Both the position numbers and the translations under genes were made by a program. Under the pieces are notes generated by a model, which was given only the letters and a program-made list of their open reading frames with translations, was not told the origin of the DNA and made no database searches. A stretch of 63,622 bases of DNA, the filler included, from Chrysochromulina tobinii (lineage: Eukaryota), in assembly GCA_001275005.1 (NCBI GenBank). It is 6 parts of 6 records of this genome, joined end to end, with 100 filler letters (N's around TTAATTAATTAA, not from the genome) between each part and the next. Parts side by side here need not be neighbours in the genome. Positions count along the whole stretch, not along the records: positions 26,457 to 45,846 come from JWZX01001089.1; 5 more parts are not named here. One strand, given 5' to 3'. Shown piece after piece: positions 31,744 to 42,047 of this stretch; position 1 is the first letter of the stretch; every line of letters starts with the position of its first letter.

Positions 31744-34449
31744 TCACTGCAGCGTCTTGAGCTTGCCGTTGAGGGCGCCCATCTGCGCGTTATACGTCTC
31801 CTCGAACGTCTTGCGCTGCGTCGCATTCGCGTGCAGGTCCTTGACCTGCGTCTGCTGCTCGAGGCGCTGGTTGTGCTCCTTGAGCTGCCCCTGCACGATC
31901 TGCACGCGCTCCTTGTCCATGCTCTTCTGGTGCGAGAGCACCGTGAGCTCGAGCATGTCCGCCTTCTTCTTGAGCAGCTGCTCGTTGGTGGTCGCTACTT
32001 TGAGGGCCTGCTCCACCTTGTTCATCTCGGCGTGCCTCTTGAGGCTCGTGATGCGCCACGACTCCTTCTTCTTCTCAAACTCCTCCTTGACCGCCGCGAG
32101 CTCCTCGAGCGCTGCCGCGAGCTTGCGCCGCAGCTCGGCGAGGTCCGAGGTTTCGGCCGCCGGCGCGGCGGCCGGCGCGGCCGCCGGCGCGGAGGCCGCG
32201 GGTGTCGCGGGGGCCTTGCCCGAGCGCAGCTGCGCGAGCTGCTCATCATGGCGCTTCTGCTGCTTCTCGAGCCGATCTTTGACCTCGGCCAGCCGCGCCT
32301 CGGCCGCCTTGCGCTCGGCGGCCTCGCGTTCGGCCTGCTTACGGAAGTCGTCGCCGGCGGGCGCGCGCGGCGTCTCCTTCGCAGCCGAGGAGGCCGCCTT
32401 GCGAAGCGCATCGAGCTCGGCGTTGAGCTTCGCAATCTTGGCGAGCGCGTCGCGCAGCTCGGCCTCGAGGCCCTTGGCCTTGTCGAGCGCCGTCCTGAGA
32501 TCCTGCTGCCCCCCCTTGGCAGCCTGCATGACCTCCTTCGCCGCCTGCTCCTTGGCCTTCTGCAGCAGCGTCTGCAGGTCGCCCACCTCCTTCTCCTTGC
32601 CCCGGAGCGCGAATCGCAACTCCGTGGCGGCGCGGCCGGCGTCCGCTTTGGCGGCGTTCGTCGCGAGGCCCGACTGCATCTCGGCCGCATCCTTGGCGGC
32701 CTCGGCGAGCGCGAGGAGGCGGGCGAGCTCCTCTGCGCGCTCCTGCGCCGAGCGCGCCATCATGTTCGCCTCCTCCAATCTTCGCTCCATGTCGGCGATG
32801 CGCTCGTGCAGGGCCGAGATCTGGCAGCGCGACGGGTTGGGCACTCAGCTGTAATCAGCGGTAATCAGCGAGGGACGAGATCTGGCAGCGCGACGGGTTG
32901 GGCACTCAGCGGCACTCGGAGGCACTCGGAGGCAACTCAGCGGCACTCAGCGGCCCTCAGCGGCCCTCAGCGGCCCTCAGCGGCACTCACCTGGTAGCGG
33001 AGCTCCTTCTCTGTCCGCTTGGCGGCCTCGCGCACCGCGTGCAGCTCCTCGCGCATCGCCGCCTCCACCTCCTTGCACGCCTGCGCCACTGCCGCCTCCT
33101 TGCCCTCCTCGGCCAGTTGAGTGAGCCTCTGCTGCTCCCTCAGCTCCTGACGAAGCCGCAGAATCTCCGCCTGAGATTGCGAGTCCTTGGCCTGATCCGC
33201 GCGCTGCGACTGCTTCTTGAGCCGTTGCAGCTCAGCGGCCGCTTCGCGTGCGAGCCCTTCCGCGCGCTCGGAGCGCTCCAAGGCCTCCCGCGCGACCCGA
33301 CCCTCACCATCGGCCTCCTTCCGACTCTTCTGCAGCTGCTCGAGCGCGGCGTCCAGCCGGCCGCGCAGCTCACACGCCTCGTCTGCGGCGGCCGTGTTCG
33401 AGAGGGCGCGCTGCAACTGCTCCTGCAGGTTGATCACCTGCTGCTGGAGTGCTGCCTGCTGTGCAAGCGACACGTCGAGCCTCCTTTGGAGCTCGAGGGC
33501 GCGCGCGTCCGCCGCGGCGGCGGCCTGCTGTGCCGCCCGCAGCTCCGCAGCGAGCGCGGCGGACTCATCTCCACGAGCGAGGCGTGCCTCGAGCTCGCGC
33601 CGCGCCTTTTCGGTCTCCGTGAGCTGCGACGCGCGCTCCGCAAGCTGTTGCTGCACCTCCTTGAGCCGGTCACGCAAGCCCTGCGAGAGGGAGGGAGGGT
33701 GAGCAGGTGATGCTTGGGCGAGGGCGGGGAGTCCGAATGAGGGAGGGAGACTCATCACCTGATGAGGGACGCAATCATAGGCAATCAGATGCAAGCACGA
33801 GACTCGTCACCTGCAGCTGCTGCCTCAAGCTGCGACGCTCCTCCGCCGCCTCGGCGAGCTCCGCCTGCAGCCGGGCGACGACGCCGGGCGCCGGCCCATC
33901 CGCCGACGAACTGCTGCTGCCGCCGCCGCCCTGCGGCCGATGCACGAGCATCGACCGCGCCGCCGCCAGCTCCTCAGATTTCATCGCCGTCAACATGTCA
34001 GCCTCGCGCAGGGCCCCGCTCAGCACTCGCAGCTGCACGTCCTTGCCCGGCGATCGGGATGAGCCGGTCGTCGGCCGTGGCGCGGCCACGCGCGCGCGCG
34101 CCGAAGCGTCGTCCAAGGACGCGTCCGATGCTGGTGTGGTGATTTTGCCGCCGGTTGCCAGCAAATTCTTTGCGTTGCCCGCCTCGCGCCGCGCGAGCGC
34201 AAGCGACTCCTCGAGCTTGCGCACCTGCTCATCGCGCGCGTGTATCTGCGACATGAGGCTCAGGATTTTGTCACTCAAGCGCGCGACTTCACCATCTGAG
34301 CTGCCGCCCTTGCCGCTCAGCAGCCCGGCAGCGCCATTCGTCACATCTGTGAGGGACGAGCGCGGCGACGACGGCGGCCGTGGCTTCAAGGATGCGATCA
34401 CGCCAACGGTAGCCACGCTGACGGTGCCTGCTCGGCCACGCATCGCCAT
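31744..34449 (-). CDS. Long coiled-coil protein; introns 33810-33759 (plus probably 33758-33681) and 32990-32821
   Basis: Three heptad-rich ORFs join in phase 0 at GT-AG sites. The 3' end may splice further (ca|gtgagc at about 31747). Confidence 0.75.
32901..32990 (-). repeat. Intronic 10-bp minisatellite (GCTGAGTGCC / GCTGAGGGCC on the sense strand)
   Basis: About 9 tandem ggcactcagc/ggccctcagc units on the + strand. Confidence 0.9.
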
Positions 34450-34725
34450 TGGGCTGCGTCGCCGGCGTCGGAGGAAAGCCGACGGACGACCAGCCCTCCT
34501 GAGGATGGGATTGACGTCCGAGCGGAGCGGCTCACTTGAGCAAGTTGAGCTTAGACTGTTGAACCCGAACTCCCCACAAGAAAAACCCACACCCCCGTGC
34601 CGTACGGGACCGTCAAGTATCAGCAGCAGAAAGCAGTGCTTTCAGGTGTTTCCGTAAATTAAGTTCGTCAGACCAGGCTGATTCGTGAAGTGCATCGTGA
34701 CGCATTTTTGACGGAGCACCTCGGA

Positions 34726-36198
34726 ATGCAAACGACCATCGCTTGCCTCGCCTGGCATGTGAACGTGCGCGCCACGTACCCTGTGGTACGGTCGCCACGC
34801 GTCACTTCTTCTGCGCTCGCTGCTCCTATCTTAGATAACAAAGCTGCTCTCGCCACCGGACCTGCATTTCCAAGGACGTGGGTCCCGATTGCTTCCACCT
34901 GGGAGCTTGACCCCAACCGTCCAACCCCAGTCTCCTTTCTTGGGCAGCGTTACATTGCGTATCGCGACAACAAGGAGCAATGGGTGGTCATGGATGACGC
35001 TTGCCCGCACCGACTAGCGCCACTGTCCGAGGGGCGAGTTGATCGAGAGAACGATCGCATCGAGTGTGGTTATCATGGTTGGGCCTTCAACAGCTCGGGC
35101 GCCTGCGAGCGTATCCCGCAGGCCACCGAACGGCTCGCGGCCATCGCCGCGCCCTCGGCTCGAGCGTGCGTCGCCTCATTGCCGACGCAGGTGGTGTGTT
35201 CAGTGCTTTGGGTGTGGCCGTGGGCCGAGGACTGCCTGTCCGTAGCTGGCGAGCCCGGGGCACATCCCGAGGGGATGCTCGAGGGTGTCGACCCGGATTC
35301 GACTACATACACGCGCGACCTCCCCTACGGCTGGGACACGCTGCTCGAGAACATCGTCGATCCATCGCATATTCCCTTCGCACACCACGGGCTGCAAGGC
35401 AAACGTGACGACGCCATCGCCATCAACATGAGCGCGCCTACGCTGCACGGCGCACGCGGCTTTTCGTTTGAATTCGGCGATCGCACGATGGGTAAGCGCC
35501 GCGCCGGCACCGGAGAATTCCGCGCGCCCTATGTCGTCAAGTACGATGCCACCTTCGAGCCTACGCCATCAAATGCGGCGCCTCGCCCCTTCAAGCTGGC
35601 GGTCATCTGCGTGCCAACGAAACCCGGCTGGTCGCGTGCCATCATCTTCAGCGCCAGCAGAGCCAAACAGGCGTCGTCTCAGGCCAAGCCACCTCCCAAA
35701 CCTCCCAAGCAGTCGCTCGTGAGTCGTCTCTTTGGGCTCCTGCCCGTCTGGCTGCTGCACCTGGGCTCCAATCGCTTCCTGGACAGCGACCTCGCCTTCC
35801 TGCACTACCAAGAGCAAAGCGTGCGCGAACGCGGAGGCGACGCCATGGCCAGCTACTACATGCCGGCGCCGACGGACCGCTGCATCGCGGCGCTGCGCAA
35901 GTGGATCGTGACGTTTGCGCACGTGCCAGGACCCTTGCCGCCGCCCATCTACACGCGCTCCATCCTCTTTGATCGATGGACACAGCACACCTCGCACTGC
36001 GTGCACTGCCAGGCCGCGCTGCAATCGTTCGCCAAGTGGAGGCGCAACGCGTACGCGCTCCTCGCTGCGGCCATACTCGGCTTCCAATGGTGGCCCGCGC
36101 GCCTCGTCGGTCTGGCGAGCGTCGGACTCCTCTGGCTTCTGTCCGCGCTCGAGCCCGCGTTTCGAGTGAATGACTACAAGCACTACCTCAGCGATTGA
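34726..36198 (+). CDS. Rieske non-heme iron oxygenase, pheophorbide a oxygenase / Tic55 / ACD1-like family
   Basis: Rieske CPHRLAPLSEG...CGYHGW; mononuclear Fe site ENIVDPSHIPFAHH; FLDSD; C-terminal HTSHCVHC followed by hydrophobic segments. Confidence 0.92.
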   Translation: MQTTIACLAWHVNVRATYPVVRSPRVTSSALAAPILDNKAALATGPAFPRTWVPIASTWELDPNRPTPVSFLGQRYIAYRDNKEQWVVMDDACPHRLAPLSEGRVDRENDRIECGYHGWAFNSSGACERIPQATERLAAIAAPSARACVASLPTQVVCSVLWVWPWAEDCLSVAGEPGAHPEGMLEGVDPDSTTYTRDLPYGWDTLLENIVDPSHIPFAHHGLQGKRDDAIAINMSAPTLHGARGFSFEFGDRTMGKRRAGTGEFRAPYVVKYDATFEPTPSNAAPRPFKLAVICVPTKPGWSRAIIFSASRAKQASSQAKPPPKPPKQSLVSRLFGLLPVWLLHLGSNRFLDSDLAFLHYQEQSVRERGGDAMASYYMPAPTDRCIAALRKWIVTFAHVPGPLPPPIYTRSILFDRWTQHTSHCVHCQAALQSFAKWRRNAYALLAAAILGFQWWPARLVGLASVGLLWLLSALEPAFRVNDYKHYLSD

Positions 36199-36744
36199 CG
36201 GCATGCGCGCCGCCGGACTCCGCAGCTTCCCCCGCCCCCGCCCCCGCCCCGGCCACTAGCACTACTACGCGACGCGACGATGGCCGAGCTGTGGGGAGCT
36301 TGCCGAGCTGAGCTGGGGAGAGCGCCCCTGAGGTGTACCGGTCGAGGGGCGGTGAGTATGTGTACGGTGAGTATATAGAGGGTGGTTGGGGGGTGAAACT
36401 TGCACTCCCGGTGTCAAGTCACTTGACTTGACTTGACTTCCCGGTGTCTAGCCAACTAGTAGAATTCCGTTGGCGCTCTACCGGGTACCGTTACGCCATT
36501 GGTATGGGCCATTCCCGCAACGCCTGTTCTCTGCCGCTCCCGTCGGAGCAGTCCAACCGCAATCTGCGTGATGCCATCGGCCCTGCTCGTGAACCCAGCG
36601 CGTACCCACGCGCATCCCCTGCCACCTCTGGGTGTAAACTCAAGGCCATGGCCGCCACTGGGTGAGGTGCGGACACCGAAATCAAAGCCCACACCACCGC
36701 TCCGCAAGGCAGTCTGGCCAGAGCTCTGTCATCTGCGCGGCACG

Positions 36745-37725
36745 ATGGCATTGATGCGAGGGTCCTGCACACAGGATGCGACGGTCGTCTCGTCGCCGGC
36801 AAAGGCAAAGGCGTCCCCGCCGGGTGGCCTTCGCAAGGAAAAAGGTCGGTGCGTATCTACCGAGGGCGACCTGCCGGCTGAGCTGCACGGGGACCTGCAG
36901 GTCCTCTTGGAGACCTTCATTGCTGCTCAGAAAAGGTCGGGGCAGCCGTGGCGCCCAGTGAGGCAGGCCCAGTTGGCTCCAGTAAAGATTGCTAGGCAGT
37001 CGTTACGCGAGTTGAGCTCCGCAGGACCAGAAGCAGACGAAGACTTCTACAGCACGATGACGAGTGGGCTCGTCAACCTCAGAAGCAATTGCTTCCCAGT
37101 CTCCTGCGCACCCAGCTTCGAGGCAGTGCTGCGCGGCTTCTTCCGAACGGTGACGCCGGAGGAGCTCGAGGCGATGCTGCGTCACGTGGAACCTCTGATC
37201 TCCTGGCGCAAGCGCGAGTTTGAGCGGCGTGCATGGGTTTACCAAGCGAATGCACTAGGGCGAACTGTCACCTACGCCTTTGCAAGAGACGACGCCTTTT
37301 GCTACGGCGTCGTGTGCGACGGCGCCAAACCGCTCTCTGTCGATCTCTTTGCAGAAGCAGTCGCCCTGCATCGGGCCGGAGTGAATCCAGACTCTCTTGC
37401 GGTCGCCAACCTGCGCAACCTCTCTACCATGGCCAGCGTGAATCGCGAGCTGGTGGCCGCGGATGACGCCTGCATCGCCAGAATTATCGAGGCGGCGAGC
37501 GACGAGGGCGGCATGAGCCTCGATGACCTGATCACGCACGTGTCGTACGAGCCCTCTCTGCGCTCTGAATTTGAAACCATCGTCAAGATTGGCAGTGTGC
37601 GGCGCGAGAATATGAAGAATGGGTTCTGGAAGCGGCCGCTCACGAAACCGCGGCGTGCAGGTCATGGTGCGGGTGGGGCTGGGGCTTGGAATGCTGCAGC
37701 CTGCGGGCGGCGCGCGGAAAGGTGA
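36745..37725 (+). CDS. Hypothetical protein
   Basis: Long ORF with protein-like composition; no motif recognised. Confidence 0.5.
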   Translation: MALMRGSCTQDATVVSSPAKAKASPPGGLRKEKGRCVSTEGDLPAELHGDLQVLLETFIAAQKRSGQPWRPVRQAQLAPVKIARQSLRELSSAGPEADEDFYSTMTSGLVNLRSNCFPVSCAPSFEAVLRGFFRTVTPEELEAMLRHVEPLISWRKREFERRAWVYQANALGRTVTYAFARDDAFCYGVVCDGAKPLSVDLFAEAVALHRAGVNPDSLAVANLRNLSTMASVNRELVAADDACIARIIEAASDEGGMSLDDLITHVSYEPSLRSEFETIVKIGSVRRENMKNGFWKRPLTKPRRAGHGAGGAGAWNAAACGRRAER

Positions 37726-38145
37726 CCTAGCGGGTGGCCGGCACGTTTTGAGGTGCGCGAGTGCCCCCAGTCGATGGATCTTGGATGTGTCCCAGTGTCC
37801 GCATGTGCCATGTCTGTTGTTGTTACCCAAACCGTCGGTAACGGACCGAAGGATAGAAGTAGTTCTACGTTTCGTTCTACGTCGATGCGGGTAACAGTTC
37901 GGAAAATTTATTGTGTGAACGTGTAAGGCCCATCGCGATCGGATCCTCTATACGCCGCGCGTGACGTCTGACGATCGCAACGCCGAATTGGACGATCGAG
38001 GATCGTGTTCGCGTGTCGACGTGTGGGATCTCGTGCACCCCGTCGTCGGGGGGGACCGTCGACATCCGGACGGGATCATGTCACCTTGTCACACGGACGA
38101 TTGAACACTCTACCGTCTGTAACCGTATTGTGAGCTAAACACATG

Positions 38146-39033
38146 CTACGAAATCGCGATCTCATCCTCGTTTGCCAGGTGGCTCCACTCGACCCACGAG
38201 CCGTCGTAATTCTTGAGGCTGCGAATCGGCCATCCCGCCAAGACGAGCCCAAAGATCAATTGTGTGGTGCGCACGCCGCTCTGGCAGTAAAAGGTGTGCA
38301 CACACGCCGCATCATCGTCAGGCGCCGCGTTGAGCAATTCCTTCGCCGCTGCACGGATCTCGTCGGGCGAGCACCACGTGCCGTCGCGCCGCCGGAAGCA
38401 GTGCCAGTCGACGCGCGCGGTTGCCCAAGGCACTCGCCCAGGCCTTGCCGCGCCCTTCATCGTGAGCGTCCCATCGTACTCGTCTGGTAAGCGCACGTCC
38501 CATAAGCGCGCCTCTTGGTTGCCACGCAGCCGAAGCACGTCTGCGCGAGTGGCAAGAAGTGTGGCGTCGAGTTGCGGCGTCGGCTGCCACGTGCCGCGAG
38601 GGCGTGGCGGTGGTGCAGCCGGTGTCGTCGGCCGCATCGCTCCTGCCATGTAGCCGTCGTAGCCGCCGTCGAGAACGTAGACGGACCGCTTGCCAAAGGC
38701 AATGAAGAGCCACCACAGGCGCGTCTCGTCATACCTCCGACTGAGGATGACTACGTCGCTGTCCTCATGAACGCCCAGCCTCTGAGCAAAGTCGCCAAAG
38801 GCCTCAGGGGTCGGCGCAAGCCCGTCAAGTATCTGCACGCTGCTCGTGGGTAGTTGATAGTCCGGTCGCCACACGCGCTGCGAGCCGGGAATACGCGCAG
38901 GCGCCTTTTCCTCGTCCTCGGGAGATACCACCTCGATGACCACGAGCCGTTCAGAGCCCAAGCGGCTCACGAGGTCGTCGGGCTGGATCAGGAGCGCTCT
39001 CGCATCGGCCTCCGTGGTTAGTATGGACCCCAT
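38146..39033 (-). CDS. Tandem-domain rhodanese / sulfurtransferase
   Basis: RIPGS, RLWWLF...VYVLDGGYDGY, DVR..DEYDG, RPGRVPWA, active-site YCQSGVRT, signature NYDGSWVEW. Confidence 0.92.
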   Translation of the reverse strand: MGSILTTEADARALLIQPDDLVSRLGSERLVVIEVVSPEDEEKAPARIPGSQRVWRPDYQLPTSSVQILDGLAPTPEAFGDFAQRLGVHEDSDVVILSRRYDETRLWWLFIAFGKRSVYVLDGGYDGYMAGAMRPTTPAAPPPRPRGTWQPTPQLDATLLATRADVLRLRGNQEARLWDVRLPDEYDGTLTMKGAARPGRVPWATARVDWHCFRRRDGTWCSPDEIRAAAKELLNAAPDDDAACVHTFYCQSGVRTTQLIFGLVLAGWPIRSLKNYDGSWVEWSHLANEDEIAIS

Positions 39034-39243
39034 GCAGCGCACAGCGTGCCACGCGATCCGCAAAATTGCGCACTTTTTCTTTCTGACGCCCTGGACGCGG
39101 CCTGGACGAATCCCTGGACTTTCGCGGCGGTTACACTGCTGTGAACTCTCTCTGCGTTTTGTTGATGCTACGTGGGCAGACTGACGTGTGACTGAAGGCA
39201 AATCCCCCCTCCGCCCTCGCACGCGTGCCCTTGGCGGTTCGAT

Positions 39244-41483
39244 TGGCGGTCCGCCCAGGCGCACCTCCGTGCGTGCCGCTGCCGATTGGAGAGCACGGCG
39301 CGAGTCGGGCGAGGTGCCCACGGAGGCGCGCGTTCGGGGGCAGAGAGCCTCTGGAGAGGAGAGCCTCTTCTCTCATTAAATGTTGTATCCCAATGGGTAC
39401 ATTTCACACTCACATTTCACCCACGCAAAAGCGCAAAGAGCGAGCGCGTGCACGCTCACGCCCTATCTTAGCGCTCCGTCGCTCGCCGTGCTCAACGTGT
39501 GCGTCGGTCGCTGCACGCGCACACCGCACCGCCCTCGCACACGGAATCCATCGAGTCCGCTCAGGTGCTTTCCTCCATGGTGCCCTGCTGGCATTCCGGG
39601 AGCACTCGTGCGTCTCCCTTTGTCTCTCATGACTGTGATTTGTTCCGCGTGCCTTTCCGCAGTCGCGCGCAGCCGCCGACCAGTACGCCTCCCTCCTCTC
39701 CACCCCCGCGTGCTTTTCACTGCCACGTGACTGCCCAATCCTGAGGCCCCGAGCTGTGGGCTGCCTCTCTCGAGCGGAGGGCATGCGACTCTCCGTTCGC
39801 GATGAGCTTCGGAGCCACACACCGCATGCGATCCCCCTCATACTTCCGGCACGCTTTGGGCTGTTGCATGCCTGCGTCGAGACCCTTCAAGCTTACCTTC
39901 GAGCTTGCTGCCGCTCGTGGTCCCATACCTCCATGCTGCCGAATACACATAAGTCTCTTGTTCGCAGGATGATGGCGACGCTCATCAACTGTGTAGCGGA
40001 GAAGACGAACGCCCACAGCAATTACATCAGGTCTGTGGCGTTTTCCCCGGACGGGACCAAGATTGTGTCGGGATCGAACGACAGGACGATCAAAGTCTGG
40101 GATTCATCAGGTGCGCCGCGAGCTCAAAATCGCCCCTCCTGGCCAAAACTGATGCCTGTTGGCTTATCAATCAGGCCAGCTGGAGCTGATGAGCGAGAAG
40201 ACGCACGCCCACAGCGACTACGTCATGTCGGTGGCGTTCTCCCCGGACGGGACCAAGATTTTCTCGGGATCGCGCGACGGGACGATCAAAGTCTGGGATT
40301 CGGGTGCGCCACCAGCTCAAAATCGCCCCTCCTTGGCCAAAACTGATGCCTGCTGGCTTGTCGCCGGTGGGCTGGAGCTGCTGAGCGAGAAGACAAACGC
40401 GCAGAGCGACCGGATCTTGTCGGTTGCGTTTTCCCCGGACGGGACCAAGATTGTGTCGGGATCAACTGATGGGACGATCAAAGTCTGGGATTCATCAGGT
40501 GCGCCGCCAGCACAAAATCGCCCCTCCTTGGCCAAAATTGATGCCTGCTGGCTTGTCTGCCAGGCAAACTGGAGCTGCTCAGCGAGAAGACGAACGCGCA
40601 CAGCAGCTACGTCATGTCGGTGGCGTTCTCCCCGGACGGGACCAAGATTGTGTCTGGATCGTACGACGGGACGATAAAAGTCTGGGATTCGGGTGCGCTG
40701 AGAGCCTCAAATCGCCCCTCCTTGGCCAAAACTGATGCTTGTTGGTTTGTCCGGCAGGCGCGCTGGGGCTGCTGAGCGAGAAGACGAACGCACATAGCCA
40801 CTACATCCCGTCGGTGGCGTTCTCCCCGGACGGGACCAAGATTGTGTCGGGATCGCGCGACAAGACGATCAAAGTCTGGGATTCGGGTGCCCCGGAGCCC
40901 TCAAATTGCCCCTCCTCGGCCAAAACTGACGCCTGTTGGCTTGTCTGGCAGATGCGCTGGGGCTGTTGAGCGAGAAGACAAACGCGCACGGAGGCTTCAT
41001 CATTTCGGTGGCATTTTCCCCGGACGGGACCAAGATTGTGTCCGGATCGGGCGACAAGACGATCAAAGTCTGGGATTTGGGTGCGCCGCGAGCTGAATAT
41101 CGCCCCTCCTCGGCCAAAACTATCGCTTGTCGGCTTGTCTGGCAGGCAAGCTGGAGATGCTGAGCGAGAAGACGAACGCGCACAGCCACTTTGTCGCGTC
41201 GGTGGCGTTTTCCCCGGACGGGACCAAGATTGTGTCTGGCTCATGGGACAAGACGATCAAAGTCTGGGATCTGGTCAATTGGTCTCGCAAAGATCATTGG
41301 ATGTTCAATCATTCCATACAGCGATTCGTCTTGCTGCTGCTGTGGCTGAACAAATTCAGCATGAAGTTTCCTGATGATGTGCTTGATCTGCTCATTGAAG
41401 CTTGCTTGAAAAGCAGGTGAGGCAGGCCATGGCGGTCCGCCCAGGCGCACATCCGTGCGTGCCGCTGCCAATTGGAGAGCACG
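39244..41483 (+). repeat. 54-bp direct repeats (39244-39297 and 41430-41483) flanking the WD40 gene
   Basis: tggcggtccgcccaggcgcac(c/a)tccgtgcgtgccgctgcc(g/a)attggagagcacg, 2 mismatches. Confidence 0.9.
39969..41420 (+). CDS. 7-bladed WD40 protein, one repeat per exon; introns 40111-40174, 40304-40366 (acceptor lost), 40499-40563, 40693-40757, 40887-40951, 41081-41145
   Basis: Seven copies of [35 protein letters not shown] separated by homologous 63-65 nt phase-1 introns. An acceptor at 39967 suggests an upstream exon. Confidence 0.92.
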
Positions 41484-42047
41484 ACGTAGCTCTCCTGCAA
41501 CCCAAGCATGAACCCAAGAGGGAACCGCCGCGCGCCGGCGCCGCGGCCCGCGTCGGCTGCACCGACAAGGGTGGAGGCCCAACCGGAGCCTCCCACATGT
41601 CAAGACGTCATCACACATCTGACAGACGATCCGAAGCTCGGAAGGTGTATACGGTTGCGACGGCTTGAAAGCTCTAAAAAGCTCAAAGCTGTAATGGTAG
41701 CGACGCCGCCGACGCCCGGTCGGGTCTGGCTCGGCGGCGAAAAGGTCACAGCTCGATCTAACTACAAGTACATTGAAAAGCATAACTCCGCAGAACCGAC
41801 TCTCAGGTCCGGTCACACGACTCGATTCCGACAGCTCGCGCGGCGCCTACCGCGCCCCAGGCCCGGCGCGACATTGCGCCTTGTATCGACTCGCGGAGTC
41901 GTGGTCTCGCGCTGCGTCCGGTCGCGTGGTGGCAGCATGGGTGGCAGACGATCACACATGCAGATCACAGTCACACACAGGCGCCTCCATGGCGCATCGG
42001 GTCGGAGATAGTACGTTGTCACTCAAAAGACATCACAATATGACTGT

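Noticed and set aside
21031..39033. Bacterial contamination or an operon (FkbM, rhodanese, Rieske oxygenase)
   Set aside because: These genes are interspersed with intron-containing eukaryotic genes on the same contigs, and the families are common in algae.
39999..41270. Regularly spaced conserved repeats with variable intervals resembling a CRISPR array
   Set aside because: The units translate as WD40 blades separated by spliceosomal introns, the intervals are homologous to each other, and no cas genes are present.
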